The notes under the pieces were generated by a model. That model worked only from the letters and a program-made list of their open reading frames with translations. It ran no database searches and had not been told where the DNA came from. 64,000 bases of DNA, from positions 64,001-128,000 of the forward strand of contig CBDCWP010000034.1 in the NCBI GenBank assembly GCA_965223505.1. Reading direction: 5' to 3'. Positions 1 to 8,998 of the stretch are shown here, piece after piece; the stretch's first letter is position 1; every line of letters starts with the position of its first letter. Source of the stretch: Planctomycetota bacterium (GTDB taxonomy: Bacteria; Planctomycetota; PLA2; JAEUHO01). Both the position numbers and the translations under genes were made by a program.

Positions 1-1945
1 GCACGGCTTCGCGCGCCACCAGATCGGCCACATCCTCTTCTCCTGCTGGCACGTGCACAGCGGCTTCGAGGACAAGTGCCCGCGCTGGGCGTGGGTGGGG
101 GCGGCGCACTTCCTCGAGAAACTGCTCGATGTCCACACCGACTACGCGACGTTCTGTTACGGCGAGGCGGACGGCGGTATCGGACCCATGAGCAAGTGGG
201 AGCGGCGCGTCAAGGCGCTGGTGAAGGCGGAGACGCTCCAGCCCATCGAGACGTTCTTCAACAAGACCTCGTTGAGCAAGATGATGTACCCCGACCACCT
301 GCGCGCCTGGTCCTACATGGACCTGGGCATGCGCGAGGATCGCGACCGGTGGCTGAAGCTGCTGATCGCGCTTCGCAACGGCGCCCAGGAAGGTCCTGCA
401 TTCAAGGAAGCGATGGACCTCACGCCCGAGGACTTCCATCAGCGTTGGTCGGCCCGCGTGATGGGAAAGCGCAAGCGTCTCGGACCGGAGAAACGCGACG
501 AGCTGTTCGAAGGCGACGCGTTGTTGCGGGAGCTGCTGCAGTTGCAGACCTCCGACGACATCGGTGTGATCGCCGGAAAGCTGCGCGGCCTCGACGTGAT
601 CAAGGACGTCAAGACCGCGGAGGTGGCTATCGGGTACCTCACGCATGCATCCGATCTCGTGCGTGAGACCGTGCATCACCTCTTGTTGAAGACGAGCGAC
701 GAGGACGTCCTGACGTTCTTGCGCGAAGAGGGACTCGCGGATGGACGCAAGCTCGTGCGCGCCGGCGTCGCGCGCGCCCTCGGCGAGCTGAAACACGAGC
801 CGGCGCGGTTCGCGCTCGAACAGATGCTGAAGGATCGCGACTGGCTCTCGCGCGCGAACGCGGCGTACGCGCTCCAGCGCATCGAGAACCGCATCGCACG
901 CCGCGCGCTTCAGGCGGCGCTCGACGACCGGCATCCGAAGGCCTGGATCTCGGTCGCGGACGCGTTCGCCCACTTCCCCGGCCGGTCGAAGGACGCAACC
1001 GCGCTCATCGCGCCCCGGCTGGAGCACAAGCTGTGGCAGGTGCGCATGACCGCCTGCCGGGCGCTTCGCCGCTGCGGCACGACCGAGGCCGTGGATCCGC
1101 TGCTATCCCGGTTCGAGGAGGAGGAGGGCCGGCTCAAGCTCGAGCTCTACCGAGCGCTGGTCGGCGTCACCGGCGTGGATCAGGGCCCCGATCCCGCCAA
1201 GTGGCGGCGTTGGTGGGAGGCCGAGAAGGAGAAGCACGGCGGCGTGCCGCCGCGGCCGGAGCGCGCGCCCGAGCCGGGCCGCAACCCGGCCGACGAGCGC
1301 TACGGGTTCGGCGACGAAGAGGACATTCCGGACGTGCCGCACCACTACGGGAAGCGCTTCTTCTCGCGCAGCGTCTGCTTCGTGCTCGACACGAGCGGCT
1401 CCATGAAGCTGAACATGAAGGTGCCGGAGGAAGCCGCCCGGAAGCTCGGCGACATCCCGACCAGCGGCACCCGCGCCGAGATCGCGAAGCAGGCGCTGAT
1501 CGACACGTTGAAGAAGCTGGACCCGCGGACGAAGGTTCGCGTCGTCTTCTTCAACACCAACGTGAAGCTGTGGAAGGACAATCTCGCGACGGCGAACACG
1601 AGCACCGTGTTGTCGTTGACGCGCGCCATCGATCGCACGCGGCCCGACGGCGAGACCAACTTCTACGGAGCGCTCAAGGCGGCCCTCGGCTTGCACGAGC
1701 TGCCGACGCTCAATCCGAAGCTCGACGTCATTCCCGACACGGTGTTCTTTCTGACGGACGGCCGCCCGACGCACGGCGAGATCACGGCCATGCCGGAGCT
1801 CACGTCGTGGATGACGAACCTCAATCGCTGGGCGAAGATCCGACTCCACGTCATCGCGCTCGGCGAGCTCAACGTCGATCTCCCGTCGCTCGGGAAGCTC
1901 GCCGCGGCAGGGAACGGCGAGCTGGTGCACGTACCCGAGATGTAG
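1..1945 (+). CDS. HEAT-repeat + vWA domain protein with degenerate zincin-like N-terminal region (5' end outside window)
   Basis: The frame is open from position 2 (HGFARHQIGHILFSCW...PRWAWVGAAH). It has HEAT-like repeats (VRAGVARALGEL, SRANAAYAL, VRMTACRAL) and a C-terminal vWA domain with MIDAS DTSGS and FFLTDG. Confidence 0.8.
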   Translation, partial: HGFARHQIGHILFSCWHVHSGFEDKCPRWAWVGAAHFLEKLLDVHTDYATFCYGEADGGIGPMSKWERRVKALVKAETLQPIETFFNKTSLSKMMYPDHLRAWSYMDLGMREDRDRWLKLLIALRNGAQEGPAFKEAMDLTPEDFHQRWSARVMGKRKRLGPEKRDELFEGDALLRELLQLQTSDDIGVIAGKLRGLDVIKDVKTAEVAIGYLTHASDLVRETVHHLLLKTSDEDVLTFLREEGLADGRKLVRAGVARALGELKHEPARFALEQMLKDRDWLSRANAAYALQRIENRIARRALQAALDDRHPKAWISVADAFAHFPGRSKDATALIAPRLEHKLWQVRMTACRALRRCGTTEAVDPLLSRFEEEEGRLKLELYRALVGVTGVDQGPDPAKWRRWWEAEKEKHGGVPPRPERAPEPGRNPADERYGFGDEEDIPDVPHHYGKRFFSRSVCFVLDTSGSMKLNMKVPEEAARKLGDIPTSGTRAEIAKQALIDTLKKLDPRTKVRVVFFNTNVKLWKDNLATANTSTVLSLTRAIDRTRPDGETNFYGALKAALGLHELPTLNPKLDVIPDTVFFLTDGRPTHGEITAMPELTSWMTNLNRWAKIRLHVIALGELNVDLPSLGKLAAAGNGELVHVPEM

Positions 1946-1952
1946 CCGAGAA

Positions 1953-1978
1953 CTGACATGTCGGCGCCGATCTGTCAG
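1953..1978. promoter_or_regulatory. 26-bp imperfect palindrome, candidate TetR operator or hairpin
   Basis: CTGACATGTCGGC|GCCGATCTGTCAG (11/13 arm match), ~80 bp upstream of the tetR start. Confidence 0.4.
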
Positions 1979-2059
1979 ATCCGCCCGAAGTCGGGTTGAG
2001 AAAGTCCCGAGTCGCATAAAGTTGCGATGGACCCGTGCCCGGAGTCGTAGGGTGTGCCC

Positions 2060-2689
2060 ATGCCCAAAGGCGTCAGCTCTCCTTCACGACGGAATCTGAA
2101 GAAGGCCGAGCGCAGGGAGCAGCTCATGCAGGCCGCGCTCAAGGCCTTCACGAAGGGCGGCTACCACGGCACCCACGTCGAGCACGTCGTCAAGGAAGCC
2201 GGCGTCGCGCGCGGCACCTTCTACATGCACTTCGACTCGAAGCACGACGTGTTCGACGCGCTCGTCGATCGCACGCTCGACGTGTTCCTCGCGGTGCGTC
2301 CCGAAGGCGACTCGGTGAACGTGAAGTCGGTCGCCGACGCCGAGCGCATGCTGCGCGAGAGCTACCGTGTCGTCCTGACCACGTTTCACAAGCACCGGCA
2401 GCTCACCCGGCTGCTGTTCGACGAGGCGGTCGGCCTCGAGAAGGGCTTCCGCAAGAAGCTCGAAGGGCACTACCGGATCTGGCACCAGCGCGTTGCCGAG
2501 ACACTCGACATGCTGGTCGAGCGCGGGGTGGCGCGCCGCACGCTGGACGTCGAGATCACGTCCGAGATGGTGATCGGCATGGTCGAACGCATCGCCCGGC
2601 GCTATCTCTTCCAGTCGCGCAAGCCGGACATCGACCGGCTCGTCGACGCGCTCGTCACCTTCGAGCTCGGCGGGCTCGAGCCTGCGTAG
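2060..2689 (+). CDS. TetR/AcrR family transcriptional regulator
   Basis: N-terminal HTH: AALKAFTKGGYHGTHVEHVVKEAGVARGTFYMHFDSK. Confidence 0.95.
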   Translation: MPKGVSSPSRRNLKKAERREQLMQAALKAFTKGGYHGTHVEHVVKEAGVARGTFYMHFDSKHDVFDALVDRTLDVFLAVRPEGDSVNVKSVADAERMLRESYRVVLTTFHKHRQLTRLLFDEAVGLEKGFRKKLEGHYRIWHQRVAETLDMLVERGVARRTLDVEITSEMVIGMVERIARRYLFQSRKPDIDRLVDALVTFELGGLEPA

Positions 2690-2984
2690 CGGCACCCCTC
2701 GTGGTGGTCGCCCGCGGTTGGGCAGCCACCCGTGAGACGTGCGGGCCCGGGCGCCGGGAGCGGGAGCGGGGATGTAGGGGCGACCCTCGTGGTCGCCCAA
2801 TTGGGCGTGTCTGGTGCCCCGGGTTGGGCAGCCACAAGGGCTGCCCCTACGGGGGATCGTCACGTGCACGTGAACCTGCACCTGATCGTGCACGACACCC
2901 CGGAGCGTAGGGGCGACCCTCGTGGTCGCCAAATTGGGGGTGTCTTGGTGTCCCGGGTTGGGCAGCCACAAGGGCTGCCCCTAC
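2686..2984. repeat. Cluster of GTAG-type REP doublets (BIME/REPIN-like)
   Basis: GTAGGGGCGACCCTCGTGGTCGCC(C) at 2774 and 2907, each paired with inverted GGGCAGCCACAAGGGCTGCCCCTAC at 2826-2850 and 2960-2984; degenerate third unit from 2686. Located between convergent genes. Confidence 0.85.
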
Positions 2985-2988
2985 CTAC

Positions 2989-3423
2989 CTACGGAAACAG
3001 GGCCTCGTCCCGAAAGAGGGCGCGCAGACGCTCCTTGATCTGGTCCCGGACTCTGCGAAACGCCTGCGCGATCTCGTCCTCGCTGCCTTCCGCCGCCGCC
3101 GGGTCCTCGTGCGGCCAGTGAAGCGTCTCGACGTCGCCCGGGAAGACAGGGCAGACCTCATCCGCGCACAGCGTCACGGCAACGCGGATCCGGTCGCGCG
3201 GAACGTCGTCCACCGACTTGCTCTGATGGCCGCTGATGTCGATGTCGACTTCGTCCATCGCGGCGATCGCATGGGGATTCACGGACGCCGGCGCCGAGCC
3301 GGCGCTCATGACGTTGACGCCGTCCGGCGCCATGGCGCGTCCCCAGCCTTCGGCCATCTGGCTGCGCGCGGAGTTGGCGACACAGAGGAAAAGCACCGTG
3401 TCGCGTTCGATTGCGTCACTCAT
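2989..3423 (-). CDS. arsC: Arsenate reductase, LMW-PTP/thioredoxin-coupled type
   Basis: FLCVANSARSQMAEG P-loop, VTLC...CPVFPG, HWPHEDP, FRRVRDQI. Confidence 0.9.
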   Translation of the reverse strand: MSDAIERDTVLFLCVANSARSQMAEGWGRAMAPDGVNVMSAGSAPASVNPHAIAAMDEVDIDISGHQSKSVDDVPRDRIRVAVTLCADEVCPVFPGDVETLHWPHEDPAAAEGSEDEIAQAFRRVRDQIKERLRALFRDEALFP

Positions 3424-3432
3424 CTGGTCCCA

Positions 3433-4140
3433 CTAGCAGCACCCGCCCACATCGCCCGGCGTGTCGGTGTCGCACCGGATCCGTTGATACACGAACGCAC
3501 CCAGCAGCGCACCGAGAATCGGCGCGGCGACGTAGATCCACATCGAGGTGAACGTGCCCGACGCCAACGCCGGGCCGATGGTCCGCGCCGGGTTCATGGA
3601 CGCGCCGGACACGCCGCCGCCGATCAACGACGCCATCGCGACGGTCGAACCGATCGCCCACCCTGCCATGTCGCCGACGGCGCGCGTGTCGGTCGCGACC
3701 GCCTTGATGACGAACATGAGGAGGAAGGTCAGGACGACCTCGAACGCGAACGCTTGTTGCCAGCTCCCGGCCGGCACCGTCGTGCCGAGGTTGTCGGGCG
3801 TCTCGTAGAGCGCGCAGAGCAAGAACGCCGCAGCGCACGCGCCCGCCGTCTGCGCGATCACGTAGCCCGGCACCTCCTTCCACGAGAAGCGACCCACCGC
3901 CGCGAAGGCGATCGTGACGGCCGGGTTGATGTGCGCGCCCGAGATGTGGCCAATCGAATAGACCATGACCATCACGACGAGCCCGAAGGCCAGCGAGATG
4001 CCCGCGTGGCCCAGCCCGCCGTACATCTCGTCGGCCACGACCGCGCCGCATCCCACGAAGACGAGGGCGAAGGTTCCCAGGGCTTCCGCAGCGATCTTCT
4101 GCGGGACGCCGCGACGCGAGAGGGTGGACGGTTCGGCCAT
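3433..4140 (-). CDS. MIP/aquaporin channel (NIP-like, probable arsenite channel)
   Basis: Two NPA motifs (SGAHINPAVT, SMNPART); ends GGCC; directly upstream of arsC. Confidence 0.9.
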   Translation of the reverse strand: MAEPSTLSRRGVPQKIAAEALGTFALVFVGCGAVVADEMYGGLGHAGISLAFGLVVMVMVYSIGHISGAHINPAVTIAFAAVGRFSWKEVPGYVIAQTAGACAAAFLLCALYETPDNLGTTVPAGSWQQAFAFEVVLTFLLMFVIKAVATDTRAVGDMAGWAIGSTVAMASLIGGGVSGASMNPARTIGPALASGTFTSMWIYVAAPILGALLGAFVYQRIRCDTDTPGDVGGCC

Positions 4141-4164
4141 GGGCGGCCTCATCTTGCGGCCGGG

Positions 4165-4968
4165 CTAGGACGCATGCCACAAACCAAACAGGCCCGCGGC
4201 GATGGCGCCCGCCGCGATGCCGCCGACGAGGTTGACCGCGTCGTTGTCGAGCCAGCGAAAGCCGGTAACGCGCTTCGTCGTCTTGCCGTCGACGCGCCGC
4301 GTCTCGACCACCGTGCCGTCCTCGAGGGCGCCGCGGTACTGCAGCGTCGCGCCGATCACGCTGTCCAGCAGGCCGCCCACGACACCGGCGGTCGCCGCAG
4401 CGCCGAGAACGACGTGGTCCCACTCGTGGAACAGCCCGAACGTAACCGGCGCGATGAGCGCCCCGAGAAGGCTGACGCACAGGCCGAGGTTGGTGACGCC
4501 GCCGCTCTCCCCGTCGCGCATGGCGCCGCCCCAGAGCTTGCGCGTCGCGCCGCCGTAGCGAACGCCGAGCTCGCTCGAGACGGTGTCGGCGCCGAGGAAC
4601 GACAACCCGCCGAGATAGACCGCGAGCCCCAGGTCGGCGTATCCGGCCAGCGCCAGGACGCACCCGCCGACGGCGGCGAAACCGTTCGCGACGACTTGTC
4701 GGCCGGAACGCTGCTCCGACGGCTTGCGCCCGGGCAAGCGGCCGACGCCGTTGGTGATCAGGAACGTGATCATCAGCGTGGCAAAGCCCGCGATGCCGAA
4801 GCACCAGGCCACGAGCATGCCGAGCAACCACCCGGCGACGGCGCCTGTCGTGGTGAGGTATCGCAGCGGTCGAACGGCAGCGCATCCGAACGCCGCGAGC
4901 ACGAGCGCGAGGATCCACAGATGTTCCGGCACGACGCCGTAGGAGGTCGGGGGGGCGATGAGCAGCAT
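4165..4968 (-). CDS. DUF92/TMEM19-family membrane protein
   Basis: RSGRQVVANG, ADTVSSELG, GESGGVT..G, LLDSVIGATLQ, LDNDAVN motifs; start uncertain. Confidence 0.85.
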   Translation of the reverse strand: MLLIAPPTSYGVVPEHLWILALVLAAFGCAAVRPLRYLTTTGAVAGWLLGMLVAWCFGIAGFATLMITFLITNGVGRLPGRKPSEQRSGRQVVANGFAAVGGCVLALAGYADLGLAVYLGGLSFLGADTVSSELGVRYGGATRKLWGGAMRDGESGGVTNLGLCVSLLGALIAPVTFGLFHEWDHVVLGAAATAGVVGGLLDSVIGATLQYRGALEDGTVVETRRVDGKTTKRVTGFRWLDNDAVNLVGGIAAGAIAAGLFGLWHAS

Positions 4969-4989
4969 CGGGGGGCCGCATGGTAGCCG

Positions 4990-6507
4990 TCAACCGCATG
5001 ACGCAATGCGTTCGACCAGGAGCGCCGTCATGCCGCCCGTCGCGAGCAGCGTGAGGCGCGCCTGCGTGGCCGCGACGAGCGCGAGCGCCACGTAGGCCGC
5101 CCACCAGAGCTGCGTGGGCGGCGCCGCGTCCGCCGCGCCCAGCCCGAGCTCACGGCATCCGTGCAGCAGCGCGCGCAGGCCGTCGGCGGTGTGGCGAAAC
5201 GCCGGCTCGAGCCAGTGCGTCGCGCCCTCGACCGGCGCGAGCAACAGGATCAGGAAACCGATCAGGATCAGCACGGCGACGAACGGGACCGCGACGACCG
5301 AGAGGGGCGCAGAGAACAAGCAGACGCGGCCGAACGTGGCGGCCGCGAGCGGCGCCGTCGCGAGCCAGGCGCCCAGCCCGACGCACAACGCCTGCCGCAC
5401 GACGGGACGACGCCTCGGCCGAACGCCCGGCAGCGCGGGTCGATGGCGCGTCATCGCGCGCACGAGTCGCGGCGACAGGAACAGGATGCCCGCGACGGCG
5501 GCGAACGAGAGTTGGAAGCCGCGCTCGAAACACGCCCCGGCGTCCCAGAGAAACGACAGGACGAACACCACCGTCAACGTCGCGGTCGACCGGATCTCCC
5601 GTCCGAGCAGCCGCGCGCAGAGCATCAGGATCGCGGCACAGCCCGCGCGCATCGCGGACGGCGATGCGCCGGCGAACGGTACGTACACGATCACCTGGAG
5701 CAGCAGCAGCACCCACGTCGTGCGAAGCCCCGCGCGCACCCGTCGCAGCAGCCACAACGTTGCGGCCAGCAGCAGCCCGACGTGCAGACCCGACACCGCC
5801 AGCAGATGCGCTTGCCCCGCGCCGTACACGTCGTCGCGGTCCGACGCGAACAGCGCGCCCTTGTCGCCTGCGACCAACGCCCGCGCCAGCGCGGCGTCGC
5901 GTCGCGCGAGCGCACGATCGAACCTGCTGCACGCGGCGTTGCGCACGTCGCGAAGCAGCCCGTCGCCCTGCTCGACGATCTCCAGCGCGCCGATGGGGCG
6001 GCCCTCGCCGTGCACCCCCCGGCGCGCCCAGGACGCGCGGCGTCCGGGGGCCGCGGCGTCGAACGCACGCATCCGGACGCGTCCTCGGACGCGTGCATTC
6101 GGCGCCGGCGCCGAGCCCGCTGGAACGCGCAGGCGGATGCCAAACCGCCGGGGTGAGACGCCGCCGACCCGATGGACGTCGACGACGAGAACCGCCTTGC
6201 CGAACGCCGGCGGCTCGCTGCGCCGAACGACGCCTTCGATGTCGAAGACGGCCGGCTGCGCGCGCGCCTCGATCCACGCCGGGCGCTCGCTTCGTGCGTG
6301 AATCGGTGCGCCCGCCAGCAGTCCGAGCAGGAGACCGAGCGCCGGTGCGCGCACCCGAGCCGATGTCGTTGCCAGGGCCAACGGCGCGGCGAGCCACGGC
6401 GCGGTCTCGAGCTGTCCCAGCGCCAGGCCGGCGACGATGCCGAGCGCCGGACCCGCCAGCGGATGGGGGTGCAGGGGGCCGCCGGGCGGTAGGTCCGGAC
6501 GAAGCAC
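4990..6507 (-). CDS. comEC: ComEC/Rec2 competence membrane protein (no C-terminal MBL domain)
   Basis: AHLLAVSGLHVG, GASPSAMRA, GFQLSFAAV. Start placed at GTG 6507 because the longer ORF overlaps the divergent kdsD. Confidence 0.85.
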   Translation of the reverse strand: MLRPDLPPGGPLHPHPLAGPALGIVAGLALGQLETAPWLAAPLALATTSARVRAPALGLLLGLLAGAPIHARSERPAWIEARAQPAVFDIEGVVRRSEPPAFGKAVLVVDVHRVGGVSPRRFGIRLRVPAGSAPAPNARVRGRVRMRAFDAAAPGRRASWARRGVHGEGRPIGALEIVEQGDGLLRDVRNAACSRFDRALARRDAALARALVAGDKGALFASDRDDVYGAGQAHLLAVSGLHVGLLLAATLWLLRRVRAGLRTTWVLLLLQVIVYVPFAGASPSAMRAGCAAILMLCARLLGREIRSTATLTVVFVLSFLWDAGACFERGFQLSFAAVAGILFLSPRLVRAMTRHRPALPGVRPRRRPVVRQALCVGLGAWLATAPLAAATFGRVCLFSAPLSVVAVPFVAVLILIGFLILLLAPVEGATHWLEPAFRHTADGLRALLHGCRELGLGAADAAPPTQLWWAAYVALALVAATQARLTLLATGGMTALLVERIASCG

Positions 6508-6564
6508 GAACGGACATCGCTCGAACGCGCGCGATGGGTACGTTCCCGTCGTATGCTCCCGGCC

Positions 6565-7581
6565 ATGGAACGCAGCTCGCACGAGATCGGCAAGGAGGTC
6601 GTCCGCAAGGAGCGCGACGCCCTGTCCTCGCTGCTGGACCGCATGGACGGGCTGCGCGAGGACTTCGACCGGGCCGTCGAGCTCATGCTCAGCTGCAGCG
6701 GCCGCGTGATCCTGTGCGGGATGGGCAAGTCCGGGCAGATCGGCCGCAAGATCGCGAGCACGCTGGTCTCGACCGGCACGCCGGCGTCGTTCCTGCATCC
6801 GGCGGAGGGGTTCCACGGCGACGTCGGCATCGTGACGTCGCGGGACGTCGTCGTCGCCATCAGCAACTCCGGCTCGACGCGCGAGGTGATTGAGCTGGTT
6901 CCGGTGATCCGGGATCTCGGCGCGAAGATGATCGCGCTCACCGGCGCGCCCAACAGCGCCCTCGGGCGCGACGCCGACGTCGTGCTCTCCTGGGGCGAGA
7001 TCGAGGAGGCGGACACCACCGGCCTCGTGCCCACCGTCTCCGCGGCGCTCACGTTGGCGTTGGGCGACGCGTTGACCGTCGCGTTGATGCAGCGCCGCGG
7101 GTTCGATGCCGGCGACTACCGCCTCTTCCACCCCAGCGGCGCCATCGGGACCAAGCTCACGCTACGTGTCATCGACCTGCTGCGCGGTCCGCACACCAAT
7201 CCCACCGTGCCGGAAGACGCGACCTTCCAGGAAGCGCTCGAGGTCGTCACGCGCGGCACCCAGGGCGGTGTCAACGTGGTCGACGCCGAGGGCAAGCTGG
7301 TCGGGCTCATGACCGACGGGGACGTACGCCGCTGCATTCAGGTGGCCGAGGGTTCGGTGGGGGACCTGCTCGCGACGCCCGTCTCCGAGCTCATGACCAC
7401 GACGCCCACGACCACCGCGGCAGACACGCTCGCCATCGAGGCGCTGCGCGCGATGGAGAGTCACAAGCCCCGGCCGGTCTACCTGCTTCCGGTGGTGGAC
7501 GCCGACGGCCGCGCCGTCGGATTGCTCCACGTGCACACGCTCGTGCAGGCCGGTCTGACCTCGGACCGAGAGCCAAGCTAG
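6565..7581 (+). CDS. kdsD: KpsF/GutQ family arabinose-5-phosphate isomerase (SIS + CBS pair)
   Basis: GMGKSGQIGRKIASTLVSTGTP, HPAEGFHGDVG, ISNSG, FHPSGAIG, C-terminal CBS domains. Confidence 0.92.
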   Translation: MERSSHEIGKEVVRKERDALSSLLDRMDGLREDFDRAVELMLSCSGRVILCGMGKSGQIGRKIASTLVSTGTPASFLHPAEGFHGDVGIVTSRDVVVAISNSGSTREVIELVPVIRDLGAKMIALTGAPNSALGRDADVVLSWGEIEEADTTGLVPTVSAALTLALGDALTVALMQRRGFDAGDYRLFHPSGAIGTKLTLRVIDLLRGPHTNPTVPEDATFQEALEVVTRGTQGGVNVVDAEGKLVGLMTDGDVRRCIQVAEGSVGDLLATPVSELMTTTPTTTAADTLAIEALRAMESHKPRPVYLLPVVDADGRAVGLLHVHTLVQAGLTSDREPS

Positions 7582-7591
7582 GAACCGCAAC

Positions 7592-8998
7592 GTGAAGCTC
7601 AAACAAACGCTCTTCCGCGAGTACGACCTGCGCGGTCGCGTACCCGAGGTGTTTCCCGACGCCGTCGACGAGTTGTCGGACGAAGGGATGGAGCTGCTTG
7701 GCCGCGGATTCGGAACGTTGGCACAGCGGCGCGGCCTCGACCGCGTCGTCGTCTGCTACGACCTGCGCCACTACAGCGAGCGCTTGAAGGACAACTTCGT
7801 CAAGGGGCTCGTTGCGACCGGCATGAAGGTCGTGGACATCGGCTGCGGACTCTCGCCCACGCTCTACTTCGCGACACTGCACCTCGACTGCGCCGCCGGC
7901 GTCATGATCACCGCCAGCCACAACCCGCAGGGGTGGAGCGGGCTGAAGATGTCGTTGAACTACATCCGCACGCTGCTCAAGCCCGACATCGACGAGCTGC
8001 GCGACATCTGCAACGCCGGCGAGTTCGCCTCGGGCGAGGGGTCCGTCGAAGCCTACGACATCCGCGAGGCGTATCTCGACGACATGGTTTCGCGGGTCGA
8101 GATCACGCGGCCGCTCAAGATCGTCCTGGATCCTGGCAACGGCACCGCGGCGCTGTTCTGCGTCGAGGCGTTCGAACGCGCCGGCGTCGACGTCGTGCCC
8201 TTGTTCTGCGAGCCCGACGCGGACTTCCCCAACCATTTTCCGAACCCGAGCGAGATGAGCGCGCGCGATGCGATCCGGGCCAAGGTGAAGGAGTCGGGCG
8301 CGGACCTGGGGTTCTCGTTCGACGGCGACGGCGACCGGTTGGGCGTACAGGATCACCTCGGCAACGACGTCAACGCCGACATCATCCTCATGATGCTGAC
8401 GCGTCCGGTGCTGAAGCGTCATCCGGGCGCCAAGGTCGTGTTCGACGTCAAGTGCTCGCAGGCGCTCGTGGAGGACATCGCGGCGCACGGAGGCGAGCCG
8501 GTCATGTGGAAGACCGGACACTCGTACATCAAGTCGAAGATGGCCGAGCTGGGCGCGCCGATCGCGGGTGAGCGCAGCGGCCACATTTTCATCAAGGACA
8601 ACTTCCACGGTTACGACGACGGCATCTTCGCGGGGCTGAGGCTGGCCGAGTACGTGGCCTCGCAGGACCTGCCGTTGCACGACCTGCTCGCGGCCGCGCC
8701 GCGATACGAAACCAGTCCCGAGATCCACGTCGACTGCGCCGACGAGGTGAAGTACGAGGTCATGGACCGTGTGCTCGCCGCGATGAAGGACGAGTTCGGC
8801 GATCGCGTGAACGACATCAACGGCGCGCGCGTGACCTTCGACGGCGGCTGGGGCCTCGTGCGCCCGTCTTCGAACCTGCCGGAGCTGGTGCTCGTGTTCG
8901 AGGGCCGGGACGCCGAGACGATGAACGGCATCAAGGAGATCTTCCGGGAGCGCTTGCGCGCGTATCCGGAGATCGGAAGCACGTGGCACAACGAGTAG
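7592..8998 (+). CDS. Phosphomannomutase/phosphoglucomutase (AlgC-like)
   Basis: FREYDLRG, ITASHNP, FDGDGDR, GERSGH, GWGLVRPSS. Confidence 0.95.
   Translation: MKLKQTLFREYDLRGRVPEVFPDAVDELSDEGMELLGRGFGTLAQRRGLDRVVVCYDLRHYSERLKDNFVKGLVATGMKVVDIGCGLSPTLYFATLHLDCAAGVMITASHNPQGWSGLKMSLNYIRTLLKPDIDELRDICNAGEFASGEGSVEAYDIREAYLDDMVSRVEITRPLKIVLDPGNGTAALFCVEAFERAGVDVVPLFCEPDADFPNHFPNPSEMSARDAIRAKVKESGADLGFSFDGDGDRLGVQDHLGNDVNADIILMMLTRPVLKRHPGAKVVFDVKCSQALVEDIAAHGGEPVMWKTGHSYIKSKMAELGAPIAGERSGHIFIKDNFHGYDDGIFAGLRLAEYVASQDLPLHDLLAAAPRYETSPEIHVDCADEVKYEVMDRVLAAMKDEFGDRVNDINGARVTFDGGWGLVRPSSNLPELVLVFEGRDAETMNGIKEIFRERLRAYPEIGSTWHNE

Noticed and set aside
2686..2984. Possible CRISPR array
   Set aside because: Units alternate in orientation, the inner spacers resemble each other, and there are no cas genes; this fits REP doublets.
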